A DNA stretch of 35,392 bases, taken from an uncultured Gemmatimonadaceae bacterium (GTDB taxonomy: Bacteria > Gemmatimonadota > Gemmatimonadetes > Gemmatimonadales > GWC2-71-9). This document shows positions 1 to 8,966 of this stretch, in pieces. How positions within the stretch are numbered: the stretch's first letter is position 1; every line of letters starts with the position of its first letter. A program made the translations under genes and the position numbers. The stretch lies in the NCBI GenBank assembly GCA_964629425.1, contig CAZVSO010000005.1, forward strand, positions 1-35,392. Reading direction: 5' to 3'. Under the pieces are notes generated by a model. The model was given only the letters and a program-made list of their open reading frames with translations. It ran no database searches and had not been told where the DNA came from.

Positions 1-1
1 C

Positions 2-3000
2 GCCGCGCAGTTCGAGCGGCTGGCGGCGGCGCTGCCGCGGGCCGACGGCGGGCTCGAGCGGGGCGTCGCAGTGCTCGACGCCGCCGGGCGTCCCCGCGCG
101 TGGGCGGGCCGGCACCGACTCCTTCCCGCCCGGGACACGGCTGAGCTGCGTACGGTCATCACTCCATTCTACCTGTCGCTCGAGGCCCGACGCCAGACGC
201 AGGGCGGCGGCACGGCTGTGGGTACCGTCCTGCTCGACGCCGCACCCGCGGTACCGGACCGCGCCAGCGCCCTCGGCGTCGCCTTCGCCCGCCAGCACGG
301 CGTGGCGCTCCGCTTCTTCGCGCCGGGCACCAGCCCCCTCGGAACGGACGTGTTCGACTACGCGACTGACCAGGGCGACACGCTGTTCAGCGTGCAGCCG
401 CAGCCGCCCGCGCAAGGCGACGCCAAGCTCGCGGCGCTGACGCGCACGGCGGAATCGGCCCGGCTCATGCTCGTGGGTGTGTTGCTCCTCATGCTCTGGT
501 CCGCCCCGGCCGGGCGGTGGCGCTGGATCGTCGTGCTCGCGAGCGCCTGGACCTTGGGGCGCGCCGGCTCGGCCTCGACGCTCGAGCCGCTGCGCCTCCT
601 CTCCCCGGCGACGTTCTATCGGCCGGTCCTGGGCCCGTTCGGCACCTCCGCCGGCGCCGCCGCGGTCCTCGGCGTCCTGCTCCTCGTCGCCGCCGGCGCG
701 CTGTGGCGGCGCGGCCTGAAGCGTCGCTGGTGGACCGTCGTCTTGGCACTGCTCCTGGTGCTCGCCGCGCCGTTCCTCGTGCGCTACCTCGGGCGCGGCA
801 TCGCCCCGCCCGCCAGCGGCGTCGGCTTCGGCCTGTGGCTCTCCTGGGAGGCCGCCCTGGCGACCAACAGCATGGCGCTCGTGCTGCTCGCGGCCGCGCT
901 GGTGCGCGGGCCCCTGGAGCCCCGCCGGGTGCCGTGGACCCTCCCGGCCGCCTGCTTCTGGGCGACGGCCGCGGCGATCACGGGCATTTGGCTGTGGCGG
1001 CCGCAGGGCGCCTGGCCCGAGTGGTATACCTACCTCTGGTTGCCCGCGCTCGTCGGCGTCCTCGTGCCCGCGCCCCGCCGCTGGGTGCTCTTCGCGATCG
1101 CCACCGTGGCGGGCACCGCGGCGGCGCTCGTGACGTGGAACGCCGCGCTCGAGGGCCGCTTCGCGCTCGCGGCTCGCGACGTCCGGCGCCTCGGTCGCCA
1201 GGGCGACCCGGTGGCCGCGGCGCTGCTCGAGCGGCTCGGCGGTCAGGTCCTGCGCGTCGCGCCGCCGGTGGCGGCGGGCGATCTGTACGCCCTCTGGCTC
1301 CAGTCACCGCTCGCCGCCGACGCCTACCCGACGGTCCTCGCCCTCTGGGCACCCGACGGCGGCCTGCGCGCCGAGCTGCGGCTCGCCAATCTCGATCTCC
1401 CCACGCCGCTCCTGGCGACCCTGGCGCGCGGCGCCCAGCTCCGGTCCGCGGTCGCGCGCGCTCCAGGCGTCGTGGCGCCGGGTGTCGAGCGGCTCGAGCG
1501 CATTCCGGGGGTCCACTACGTCCTGGCGACTCGAATCGCCTCGGGCGACGTGCTGACCGTGGGCGTCGCACCCCGGTCGCGGCTCGTGGCGACCGACCGG
1601 GTCGCGCGGTTCCTCCGCGGCGAGCCGGTGGTCGAGCCGCCGTACACGATCTCGCTGGGGTTGCCCGGCACCGCCCTCGAGGCGCCCAGCGGCTATCTGG
1701 TGTGGACGCGCGCGGGGTGGTCGGCGCGCGGCGATCAGCGCATCGATCTGCCGGGCGGTGTGCGGCACGTGCACGTCCGGGTGGAGCTACGGGGCTTCTG
1801 GGCGCTGCTGGTGCGGGGCGCCCTCGTGGTCCTCCTCGATCTCGTGCTGCTCGCGTCGGCCTGGGCGGTCAGTTTGGCGACGCAGGAAGGCGTTCGGGTT
1901 CGTATCCCCGGCTCGCTCGCCGCGCTGCGCGCCAGCTACCGCGCACGGCTCACGGCTGCCCTGGCGGCGTTCTTCGTGCTGCCGGTGGTGGCGTTCGCGC
2001 TCTGGGGCCTGGCGCGTCTGGGCGACGAGGCCCGGCGCGACGGCGATCTCTTGATCCGCCAGACCTTGCGCAGCGCCGCGCTGGCGGCCGCGGCGGTGGC
2101 GTTGGAGTCGCCCGCCGGCCAGCGCCGGTCCGTCGTGGAGCTGGCCGGCCGGCTCGAGGCCGACCTCTGGATGTACCGCGACGGCGTCCTGGCGGGCGCG
2201 AGCGCTCCGGTGCTGACCGAGCTTGGCCTCGTGGATCCGTTCCTCGATCCGGCGGTGTACCGACGGCTCGCGCTGCATGACGAGCTGGAAGCCGCAGCCG
2301 ACGGCCGCGCCGCGGGCCGTGCGGTGCGGGTGGGTTACCGCGTGGTGCGCGCCGAGCCGCCCGGAGAGGCCGCGATTCTCGCGGTGCCCCAGCTGCTCGA
2401 CGACGAAGCGGTGCGCCTCGAGCGGGAAGACCTGGCGCTCGCCCTGATCCTGGCCGCTGTGGCTGGACTCGGGGCCGCGGGGCTGCTGGCCGGTGTGGTG
2501 GCGCGGGGGCTGACCGAGCCCGTCGCGGCGCTGCGCGAGGCGGCGCTCGCGGTGGGGCGAGGCGCGGCCCCGCCCGCCTTTCCGCCCGGCGCGCCGCAGG
2601 AGTTCGAGCCGGTGATGTCGGCCTTCGACCGCATGGCGAGCGACGTGCGTCGCGGCCGCGAGGCGCTGGAGGAGGCGCGGCGGCGAACGGCCCGGGTCCT
2701 GGCGAACGTGGCTACGGGCGTGCTGGCGGTGGACCACGGGCTCCGCGTGACGCTGGCGAACCCGCGGGCCGCGGAGCTGCTCGGCACGGCGCTCGATCCC
2801 GGCGCCGCCCTGCCCGAGGCCACGGCCCCGGCGTGGCGGCCCGTCTGGCACGCGGTCGGCGAGTTCCTCGCCGGGGGCGGCGAGGGGATCGCGGAGCGCG
2901 AGCTGGAGATCGACGGGCGTCAGATCCGCGTGCAGCTCGCCGCGCTCGGCTCGCCCCCGGACGGCTGCGTCGTCGCGCTCGACGACACCACCGCGTCGAC

Positions 3001-3700
3001 GCGCGCCGCCCGCGTCCTCGCCTGGGGCGAGCTGGCCCGCCAGGTCGCCCACGAGATCAAGAACCCGCTGACGCCGATCCGGCTCGGCATCCAGCACCTG
3101 CAGCGGGCGCGGCGGGCCGGCAGCCGGCGCGCGTCGTTCGATGCGACGCTCGAGGAGACCGCCGCGCGCATCCTGGCCGAGATCGATCGCCTGGATGGGA
3201 TCGCGCGCGCGTTCGCCCGGTTCGGGGCGCCCGCCCCGGACCATCTCCCGCTGGAGCCGGTGGATCTGCTTGCCGCGGCGCGAGAGGTCGTCCAGCTCTA
3301 CACGCTGGGCCAGGGGAGCGCCCGCGCACCGGGAGCGGCGGCGCGGATCGAGGTCGTCGACGAGGGTGCCGCGCCGGCGCTGGCGCGTCGCGACGAGGTC
3401 AAGGAAGTGCTCGTCAACCTGCTGGAGAACGCCCGGCAAGCGGGCGCGCGTCGCGTCGTGATGCGCGTGGGCGACGGCGGCCGGCGGCTCACCGTCGAAG
3501 ACGACGGCCGGGGGATCGCGCCCGACGTGCTGGCTCGCGTGTTCGAGCCGACCTTCTCCACCAAATCCAGCGGGGCCGGGCTGGGGCTCGCCATCACGCG
3601 CCGCCTGGTCGAGAGCTGGGGCGGGACGGTCACGCTGGCCAGCACCCCGGGGCGCGGCACGACCATCACCGTTGGGCTCCGGGCCGCATCCGCCGGGTGA
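2..3700 (+). CDS. Sensor histidine kinase, NtrY-like architecture (large polytopic N-terminal region, HAMP, PAS, HisKA, HATPase_c); the 5' end probably runs off the window
   Basis: The frame is open from nt 2, with no stop before the GTG at 71. There are many hydrophobic segments in the first ~650 aa. HAMP-like LTEPVAALREAALAV; PAS-like RVLANVATGVLAVDHGLRVTLANPRAAELLG; H-box HEIKNPLTPIRLGIQHLQ; N/G boxes LVNLLENARQAG, EDDGRGI, GAGLGLAITRRLVESWGG. Confidence 0.9.
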   Translation, partial: AAQFERLAAALPRADGGLERGVAVLDAAGRPRAWAGRHRLLPARDTAELRTVITPFYLSLEARRQTQGGGTAVGTVLLDAAPAVPDRASALGVAFARQHGVALRFFAPGTSPLGTDVFDYATDQGDTLFSVQPQPPAQGDAKLAALTRTAESARLMLVGVLLLMLWSAPAGRWRWIVVLASAWTLGRAGSASTLEPLRLLSPATFYRPVLGPFGTSAGAAAVLGVLLLVAAGALWRRGLKRRWWTVVLALLLVLAAPFLVRYLGRGIAPPASGVGFGLWLSWEAALATNSMALVLLAAALVRGPLEPRRVPWTLPAACFWATAAAITGIWLWRPQGAWPEWYTYLWLPALVGVLVPAPRRWVLFAIATVAGTAAALVTWNAALEGRFALAARDVRRLGRQGDPVAAALLERLGGQVLRVAPPVAAGDLYALWLQSPLAADAYPTVLALWAPDGGLRAELRLANLDLPTPLLATLARGAQLRSAVARAPGVVAPGVERLERIPGVHYVLATRIASGDVLTVGVAPRSRLVATDRVARFLRGEPVVEPPYTISLGLPGTALEAPSGYLVWTRAGWSARGDQRIDLPGGVRHVHVRVELRGFWALLVRGALVVLLDLVLLASAWAVSLATQEGVRVRIPGSLAALRASYRARLTAALAAFFVLPVVAFALWGLARLGDEARRDGDLLIRQTLRSAALAAAAVALESPAGQRRSVVELAGRLEADLWMYRDGVLAGASAPVLTELGLVDPFLDPAVYRRLALHDELEAAADGRAAGRAVRVGYRVVRAEPPGEAAILAVPQLLDDEAVRLEREDLALALILAAVAGLGAAGLLAGVVARGLTEPVAALREAALAVGRGAAPPAFPPGAPQEFEPVMSAFDRMASDVRRGREALEEARRRTARVLANVATGVLAVDHGLRVTLANPRAAELLGTALDPGAALPEATAPAWRPVWHAVGEFLAGGGEGIAERELEIDGRQIRVQLAALGSPPDGCVVALDDTTASTRAARVLAWGELARQVAHEIKNPLTPIRLGIQHLQRARRAGSRRASFDATLEETAARILAEIDRLDGIARAFARFGAPAPDHLPLEPVDLLAAAREVVQLYTLGQGSARAPGAAARIEVVDEGAAPALARRDEVKEVLVNLLENARQAGARRVVMRVGDGGRRLTVEDDGRGIAPDVLARVFEPTFSTKSSGAGLGLAITRRLVESWGGTVTLASTPGRGTTITVGLRAASAG

Positions 3701-3817
3701 CCTGAGTCACGCCAGTTCGGGGCGCAGCCCGTTATCGTACGGGCACTTGGGAGAAGCGTCGCCTCCTTGCGCTCTCGGGGTGGGTGTCCGAGGGCGTTCC
3801 CTTGTCCCGTTCGGTGA

Positions 3818-5167
3818 GTGACGATGGTGCGATACCGCTGGCTCGGGTACGGGGTCGTCGTAGCGCTGTGCGGTGGCGCCGCCCCCGCCGCCGCCCAGGG
3901 TCTGACGCTCGACGCGCGCACGGTGGCCATGGGCGGCGTCACGCTCGATCGCGGCGGTGCCATCGCGCGGTACAATCCCGCCTACCGCAACGTGCCCGCC
4001 CGCGAGGTCCACGGACGCCCGAAATCGACGATCCCGATCCCGCTCGGGCTGATCCAGGTGCTGGAGGACAGCGCCGCCTTCGACTTCGACTCGTCCTACT
4101 GGAACCCGGTGCGGGTCGTGAACTACGCCCTCACCCCGCTGGTCAAGAGCTTCTATTACCAGATCGAGGAGCCCCGCACGCCGACGAGCGACGTCGAGTT
4201 CACGATCGGCAAGAACGAGCTCATCGTCGATCTCGGCGACGCCAAGCTGCTGGTGCCGACCGAGCGGTTCGGGATCGGCGACGTGAGCCGGCTGTTCGAC
4301 ATGGGGTTCGACGTCAAGGGCGTGCGGCTTGGGGTGTCGGCCTGGTTCCATCGCGACCTCGGGATGCAGCTCGACAGCGCCCTGACGTCGTTTCTGCACG
4401 ATGCGGCACCCGCACAGACCAACACGCGCTATGGCCTCTTGGGCGACGGACTCGTCCAGGGAGGCTTCGCGCCGATGCTCGGCTATTCCGGCCGGATCGC
4501 GGGTGACACCACCCGCGGGCTCTATCTCGGCGGCGCCCTGCGCTACTACGTCGGCGTATCGTACGGGAGCACCACGGGCACGGCCGGCATCACGACGGGC
4601 GACACGATCTTCGCCGATTCCAACCCCGTGACGCCCGACCTCGTGGCCATCACGCAGTACTCGGGCACCGACCGGGGCTTCGGCACCGGCTGGGGCGGCG
4701 ACCTGGGCGTCGTCTGGATCTCAGGTCCGTTCGAGGTGGGGCTCGGCGCGACCGACATCGGCGTCACGCTCACGTGGCCGGAGGCGCGCATCGAGCGCGC
4801 CGTGTGGGACACCACGACCGATGAGATCGTGACCACGCCGATCGCGACGAGCACGGAGACCGAGACCGAGATCCCCATGGCCTGGGTGGCCAACCTCGCC
4901 TACCAGGCGGGCGAGCGGACCACGATCGGCGCGCACGTCGTCAACACCACGCGCGGGACCCGGCTCGGCATCGGGGTCGAGCAGCGCATGGGGCTCCTCG
5001 CGCTGCGCGGCGGCGTGGTGCGCGACCAGCTCAAGAAGAGCCAGTTCTCGGGCGGCATCGGGCTGCGGTTCGGGTCGTTCGGGCTCGACGTCGCCATCAC
5101 GACGTACGCCGGAGGGATCACGGGCGAGCGCGCCGTCGCGCTCGGCTCGTCGATCAGCATCTACTGA
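3818..5167 (+). CDS. Uncharacterised outer-membrane beta-barrel protein (signal peptide, C-terminal aromatic residue)
   Basis: The N-terminus LGYGVVVALCGGAAPAAAQG looks like a Sec signal peptide. The body has alternating Gly/aromatic beta-strand-like composition and the C-terminus is ...LGSSISIY. Start is GTG 3818 or ATG 3824. I recognise no specific family. Confidence 0.6.
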   Translation: MTMVRYRWLGYGVVVALCGGAAPAAAQGLTLDARTVAMGGVTLDRGGAIARYNPAYRNVPAREVHGRPKSTIPIPLGLIQVLEDSAAFDFDSSYWNPVRVVNYALTPLVKSFYYQIEEPRTPTSDVEFTIGKNELIVDLGDAKLLVPTERFGIGDVSRLFDMGFDVKGVRLGVSAWFHRDLGMQLDSALTSFLHDAAPAQTNTRYGLLGDGLVQGGFAPMLGYSGRIAGDTTRGLYLGGALRYYVGVSYGSTTGTAGITTGDTIFADSNPVTPDLVAITQYSGTDRGFGTGWGGDLGVVWISGPFEVGLGATDIGVTLTWPEARIERAVWDTTTDEIVTTPIATSTETETEIPMAWVANLAYQAGERTTIGAHVVNTTRGTRLGIGVEQRMGLLALRGGVVRDQLKKSQFSGGIGLRFGSFGLDVAITTYAGGITGERAVALGSSISIY

Positions 5168-5742
5168 TGGAGCGCACGATGCGCTCTGCCTGGGTGAGCG
5201 CGACGCTCGCGGCCGCGATGCTCGTGGCCGGCTGCGGGGAAGGCCGACTGATCCTCAACGTGGACGTCTACAGCTTCATGCAGGGCGCGGGCAACGACAC
5301 GCTGCGGTATCCCCCCCTTCCGATCCCCTCCATCCCTCCGGGGGTGTCCGACACCGTCGGGAGTGACAGCGTCAAGGTCGTGCTGCCGGGCAATTTGGGT
5401 AACTCGATCGTCGACACGGCGTACGTGTTCGTGATCGCCGATCTCGACAACGTGACGGGCACCGGGAACATCACGGTCGAGGCGTTCCTATCGGCGGATT
5501 CGAGCACGATCTTCAGCGGATCGCCGGCCTTCAGCTTCGGCGGTGCGGTGAGCCCCGGGGCGGTGACCAGGGACACGGTGTCCGCCGAGCTGGTCAGCAC
5601 GCTCAACTCTCTCTTCACGGGCAGCGAAGTGTGGCTTGCCTTCCGCGCCGTGGTCGCCAACACCGGCGCTACCGGCATGCAGGGCACCGTCCGGCTCCGC
5701 GCGCTCGATCTTCGGATCGTAGTCCAGGACGAGGTATTCTGA
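5167..5742 (+). CDS. Uncharacterised lipoprotein, translationally coupled to the upstream barrel gene
   Basis: Lipobox MLVAGC after a positively charged N-region. ATG 5167 overlaps the TGA (5165-5167) of the upstream gene. Alternative ATG 5179 is preceded by GGAG (5169-5172) at 6-nt spacing. Confidence 0.6.
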   Translation: MERTMRSAWVSATLAAAMLVAGCGEGRLILNVDVYSFMQGAGNDTLRYPPLPIPSIPPGVSDTVGSDSVKVVLPGNLGNSIVDTAYVFVIADLDNVTGTGNITVEAFLSADSSTIFSGSPAFSFGGAVSPGAVTRDTVSAELVSTLNSLFTGSEVWLAFRAVVANTGATGMQGTVRLRALDLRIVVQDEVF

Positions 5743-5764
5743 GCACCTAGGGGAGCCTTCCCCT

Positions 5765-5795
5765 TACGCACTCCCCTGACGTAGTGCGTATTTAT
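5765..5795 (+). terminator. Stem-loop followed by a T-rich run (possible intrinsic terminator or attenuator immediately upstream of ispG)
   Basis: TACGCACT (5765-5772) pairs perfectly with AGTGCGTA (5783-5790) around a 10-nt loop, followed by TTTAT (5791-5795). A smaller GGGGA/TCCCC hairpin lies just upstream. Only 5 nt separate it from the ispG GTG, so its role is uncertain. Confidence 0.35.
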
Positions 5796-5800
5796 CCGTC

Positions 5801-7018
5801 GTGACTGCGCCTCTCCGCCGCAAGACCGTGACCGTCGACATCGGCGGCGTAAAGGTGGGCAGCCCCCACCCGATCGTCGTGCAGTCGATGACCAACACCG
5901 ATACGGCCGACGTCGCCGCGACCGTCGCGCAGGTGCGGGCCCTGCACCGCGCCGGGAGCGAGCTGGTGCGGGTCACGGTCAACCACGACCAGGCCGCGCA
6001 GGCCGTGCCCGACATCGTTGCACAGGTCGACGTCCCCGTCATCGGCGACTTCCATTACAACGGGCACCAGCTGCTCACCCGTCACCCGCGGTGCGCGGCG
6101 GCACTCGCCAAGTACCGGATCAACCCGGGCAACGTCGGCGCCCGCCGGCGGGACGAGAACTTCCGGACCATCGTTCAGGTCGCCATCGACCAGGGCAAGC
6201 CCGTGCGCATCGGCGTGAACTGGGGCAGCCTGGATCAGCAGCTCCTCACCGAGCTGATGGACGAGAACGCGGAGCGCCCCGAGCCGCGCGACGCGCTGGA
6301 CGTCACGCTCGAGGCGATGGTCGCGAGCGCCATGCGATCGGCCGAGCTGGCCGAGGCCTGCGGCCTCCCGCATGACCGGATCATCCTGTCCGCCAAGGTG
6401 TCGGGCGTGCAGGACCTCGTGGCCGTGTACCGCCGGCTGGCCGCCCGGTCGGACTACCCCCTGCACCTCGGGCTCACCGAGGCGGGGATGGGCGCGAAAG
6501 GGATCGTGGCCAGTACCGCCGGCCTCGCCCTCCTGCTCCAGGAGGGAATCGGCGACACGATCCGGGTCTCGCTGACCCCTCGACCCGGGGGCGACCGCAC
6601 AGAAGAGGTGGAGATCGCTCAGCAGATCCTCCAGTCGCTGGGCTTCCGCAGCTTCACGCCCCAGGTCACCGCCTGCCCAGGGTGCGGCCGCACGACGTCG
6701 ACGTTTTTTCAGGAAATGGCGGAGCAGATCCAGACGTATCTCCGCGAGCAGCGCCCCGTATGGCAGGCGCGCTTCCCCGGGTCCGAGGGCCTGCGGGTCG
6801 CCGTGATGGGTTGCGTGGTCAACGGTCCTGGAGAGTCGAAGCACGCCGACATCGGCATCTCGCTGCCGGGGACCTTCGAGGAGCCCAAGGCCCCGGTCTA
6901 CGTGGACGGCAAGCTCAGTGTCACGCTCAAGGGCGACGCGATCGTCTCCGACTTCCTGAAGATCCTCGCCGACTACGTCGAAGCCCGTTTCGGCGCCGGT
7001 GCCGTCGCCCGGCCCTAG
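5801..7018 (+). CDS. ispG: 4-hydroxy-3-methylbut-2-en-1-yl diphosphate synthase (flavodoxin), MEP pathway
   Basis: Full-length match to the IspG/GcpE pattern: [41 protein letters not shown], and the Fe-S cysteines in TACPGCGRT and [10 protein letters not shown]. Confidence 0.95.
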   Translation: MTAPLRRKTVTVDIGGVKVGSPHPIVVQSMTNTDTADVAATVAQVRALHRAGSELVRVTVNHDQAAQAVPDIVAQVDVPVIGDFHYNGHQLLTRHPRCAAALAKYRINPGNVGARRRDENFRTIVQVAIDQGKPVRIGVNWGSLDQQLLTELMDENAERPEPRDALDVTLEAMVASAMRSAELAEACGLPHDRIILSAKVSGVQDLVAVYRRLAARSDYPLHLGLTEAGMGAKGIVASTAGLALLLQEGIGDTIRVSLTPRPGGDRTEEVEIAQQILQSLGFRSFTPQVTACPGCGRTTSTFFQEMAEQIQTYLREQRPVWQARFPGSEGLRVAVMGCVVNGPGESKHADIGISLPGTFEEPKAPVYVDGKLSVTLKGDAIVSDFLKILADYVEARFGAGAVARP

Positions 7019-7484
7019 CCGACCGCCGGCCTCGGCGGCGCTCGCACCGCTGCGCACCGTCACGCGCGTGTTCGACGAGGCGGTGCCCGTCCCGGGGACG
7101 CCGCTCCGCGTCGGGCTGGATGCCGTGCTCGGGTTGCTTCCCGGCGTGGGCGACGCCGTGAGCGGGCTCGTGGCCCTCTATGGCATGTGGGTAGGGGCGC
7201 GCCTCGGCGCCCCCGCCGCCGTACTCCTCCGCATGCTCTTCAACGTCGCCGTGGACGCGGGCGTCGGAGCCATCCCGATTGCCGGGGACCTCTTCGACAT
7301 CGGCTGGAAAGCGAACCGGCGCAACCTCGAGCTGCTCGAGCACTGGGTGGCCGCCCCCGCCGCCACGCGCCGTGCCAGCGCGATGACCCTGGCGGGCGTC
7401 GCCGCGGCTGTGCTGGCGATACTCGCGGGGCTCGTCTGGCTGGCCGTGTGGGGTGTGGGGGCGGTGATCGCGCTGTTACCCTAG
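6999..7484 (+). CDS. DUF4112 domain membrane protein
   Basis: Characteristic [20 protein letters not shown] ... [32 protein letters not shown] motifs. GTG 6999 overlaps the ispG end by 20 nt; GTG about 7066 is an alternative start. Confidence 0.75.
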   Translation: MPSPGPSRPPASAALAPLRTVTRVFDEAVPVPGTPLRVGLDAVLGLLPGVGDAVSGLVALYGMWVGARLGAPAAVLLRMLFNVAVDAGVGAIPIAGDLFDIGWKANRRNLELLEHWVAAPAATRRASAMTLAGVAAAVLAILAGLVWLAVWGVGAVIALLP

Positions 7485-7486
7485 GT

Positions 7487-7562
7487 GCGGGAGGCGGGAG
7501 GCGGGAGGCGGGAGAGGAGAGAGGGGAGAGATCCCCCCCCGTCTCCCGCCTCCCGTCTCCCG
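7487..7562. terminator. Purine-rich/pyrimidine-rich hairpin between convergent genes (candidate bidirectional terminator); the + strand also carries a G3N4 x4 motif
   Basis: GGGAGGCGGGAG occurs three times in register (from 7489, 7496 and 7503). It is complementary to CTCCCGCCTCCC (7543-7554). GGG runs lie at 7489, 7496, 7503 and 7510, separated by AGGC. The element sits between the DUF4112 stop (7484) and the csaA stop (7567). Confidence 0.4.
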
Positions 7563-7566
7563 GCCG

Positions 7567-7899
7567 TCAGCCGATCCGGCTCCCCAGCGGCACATCCCGA
7601 TCCGGCCCCACCAGCACCACGTCGCCTTCTCCGAGCATGACGCCGAGCACGAGCACCTCGGACCAGAAGTCCGCGATCTGTCGCGGCGGGAAGTTCACGA
7701 CGGCGAGCACCAGCCTGTCCCTGAGTGCTGTCGCGTCGTAGTGCTTGACGATCTGGGCGCTCGACGTCTTCACCCCTAGCTCGCCGAAATCGATCCGCAG
7801 CTTGTAGGCGGGCTTGCGCGCCTTGGGGAACTCGTCCACCTGCACGATTCGCCCCACCCGCACGTCGATCTTCGCGAAGTCGTCGTAGCCGATCTGCAT
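7567..7899 (-). CDS. csaA: tRNA-binding-domain chaperone CsaA
   Basis: 110 aa, colinear with Bacillus CsaA as I recall it: DDFAKIDVRVGRIV..EFPKARKPAYKL.IDFG...K.SSAQI ... VVNFPPRQIA.F.SEVLVLG....GDVVL..PD..VP.G..IG. Confidence 0.9.
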   Translation of the reverse strand: MQIGYDDFAKIDVRVGRIVQVDEFPKARKPAYKLRIDFGELGVKTSSAQIVKHYDATALRDRLVLAVVNFPPRQIADFWSEVLVLGVMLGEGDVVLVGPDRDVPLGSRIG

Positions 7900-8071
7900 C
7901 TCGTGTCCCCTTTTCAGGCCATGCCGGCACCCACCCCCCCGGGCCGGGGGCGAGCAGCTAACTCACTGGGGTGCAAGCGCCTGGGTGCCGCGCCGTCTCC
8001 GGGCACGTGCGTTGCCTTTGGGGTGCGCGACGGTCGCATCGGTCACACTCCAAAACGAGGGGCGGGCACTC

Positions 8072-8755
8072 ATGAGCGCAGCAATCGGACGGACCGGATG
8101 GCAGCTGGGTGTCGCCGCCGCACTCGTGCTGACCGTGGCACCCTCGGCGAGCGCGCAGCTCCGCGAGGTTCGCGAAGCGGGGACCGCGGGATTGGGCTTC
8201 ATTGTGGCGCGGCCGGTCGGCGAGTTCCGTGGCTTCACCGGCACCCGCGGCGGCTTCGCTGTCGAAGCCACCGCGGGCCTGCCCATCGGCCTGCGAGTGG
8301 CCGGATCGGCGCTGTTCTACGACCACCGCTACGACCTGGGCCCAGGGACGGGCCGTGTGGAGACCCACAGTCTCATCGCGTCGCTCGGGCTGGGCCCGCA
8401 GCTGACGATCAGCGCGGGACCCCTCAAGCTATACGGATACGGCACCATCGGCGGCGGCTACTTCACGACCTGGTTCGGCGGCGACTGCGGCTGCGGTGGC
8501 TACGGCAGCAGCTCGACGCTCGACGATTTTGCGCTCGCGCGTGAAGTCGGGGGCGGCGTGCAGCTGCGGGTCAGCGGCAGCCGCTCGCCCGTCTACCTCC
8601 ATCTCGCCGGCCGCTACGTAGACCACGATGCCGCTCGCTACGTCGTCGAGAACGGTGTTACGGCCTCGAGCGACGGCTCGATCAGCGTGCAGACCGTCGA
8701 GCGTGGGGTGCAGCTCGCGGTGGTGCAGGTCGGCGTATCCATAGGATTGAAATAG
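8072..8755 (+). CDS. Small outer-membrane beta-barrel protein (OmpA/OmpW-like size class), uncharacterised
   Basis: ATG 8072 is preceded by a GAGGGG-rich stretch. Signal peptide MSAAIGRTGWQLGVAAALVLTVAPSASAQ; Gly/aromatic-rich strands. The ORF track start at 7985 adds a non-signal-like extension, so 8072 is preferred. Confidence 0.6.
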   Translation: MSAAIGRTGWQLGVAAALVLTVAPSASAQLREVREAGTAGLGFIVARPVGEFRGFTGTRGGFAVEATAGLPIGLRVAGSALFYDHRYDLGPGTGRVETHSLIASLGLGPQLTISAGPLKLYGYGTIGGGYFTTWFGGDCGCGGYGSSSTLDDFALAREVGGGVQLRVSGSRSPVYLHLAGRYVDHDAARYVVENGVTASSDGSISVQTVERGVQLAVVQVGVSIGLK

Positions 8756-8960
8756 ACGCACGGACGGGTAGAAGGGACAGATCACAGCAGACGCGGCAAA
8801 GCTAGACGCGTAGACGCAACAGACGCACAGCGGTGAACCGGTGGTGGGATTCAGGCAGACCTGCTCACTACGACCTGTTCTCGCCTGTGCGTCTACGCGT
8901 CTGTGCGTCTAGCTTTGCCGCGTCTGATCTCCGAAACAGCCGACCTGCCGTCCCGTAGTC
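8752..8960. repeat. Intergenic palindromic element built from AGACGC-containing octamers (long imperfect inverted repeat with a ~54-nt centre)
   Basis: CAGACGCGGCAAAGCTAGACGC (8788-8809) is the perfect reverse complement of 8905-8926. AGACGCACAG (8821-8830) pairs with CTGTGCGTCT (8885-8894). AGACGC occurs 5 times on the left (8754, 8789, 8804, 8812, 8821) and GCGTCT 4 times on the right (8889, 8897, 8905, 8919). Confidence 0.65.
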
Positions 8961-8966
8961 CCTGCC

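Noticed and set aside
517-2280. 587-aa ORF (and the similar 1787..3439 minus-strand ORF) overlapping the histidine kinase gene
   Set aside because: Extremely Arg/Pro/Gly/Ala-rich low-complexity translations with no domain motifs. These are typical alternative-frame artefacts of about 70% GC DNA. The in-frame kinase has clear HAMP/PAS/HisKA/HATPase motifs.
7487-7530. Short tandem GGGAGGC repeats as a possible CRISPR-like or microsatellite array
   Set aside because: The units are only 7 nt with no spacers, and are immediately followed by their complement. This fits a hairpin/terminator or G4 motif, not CRISPR.
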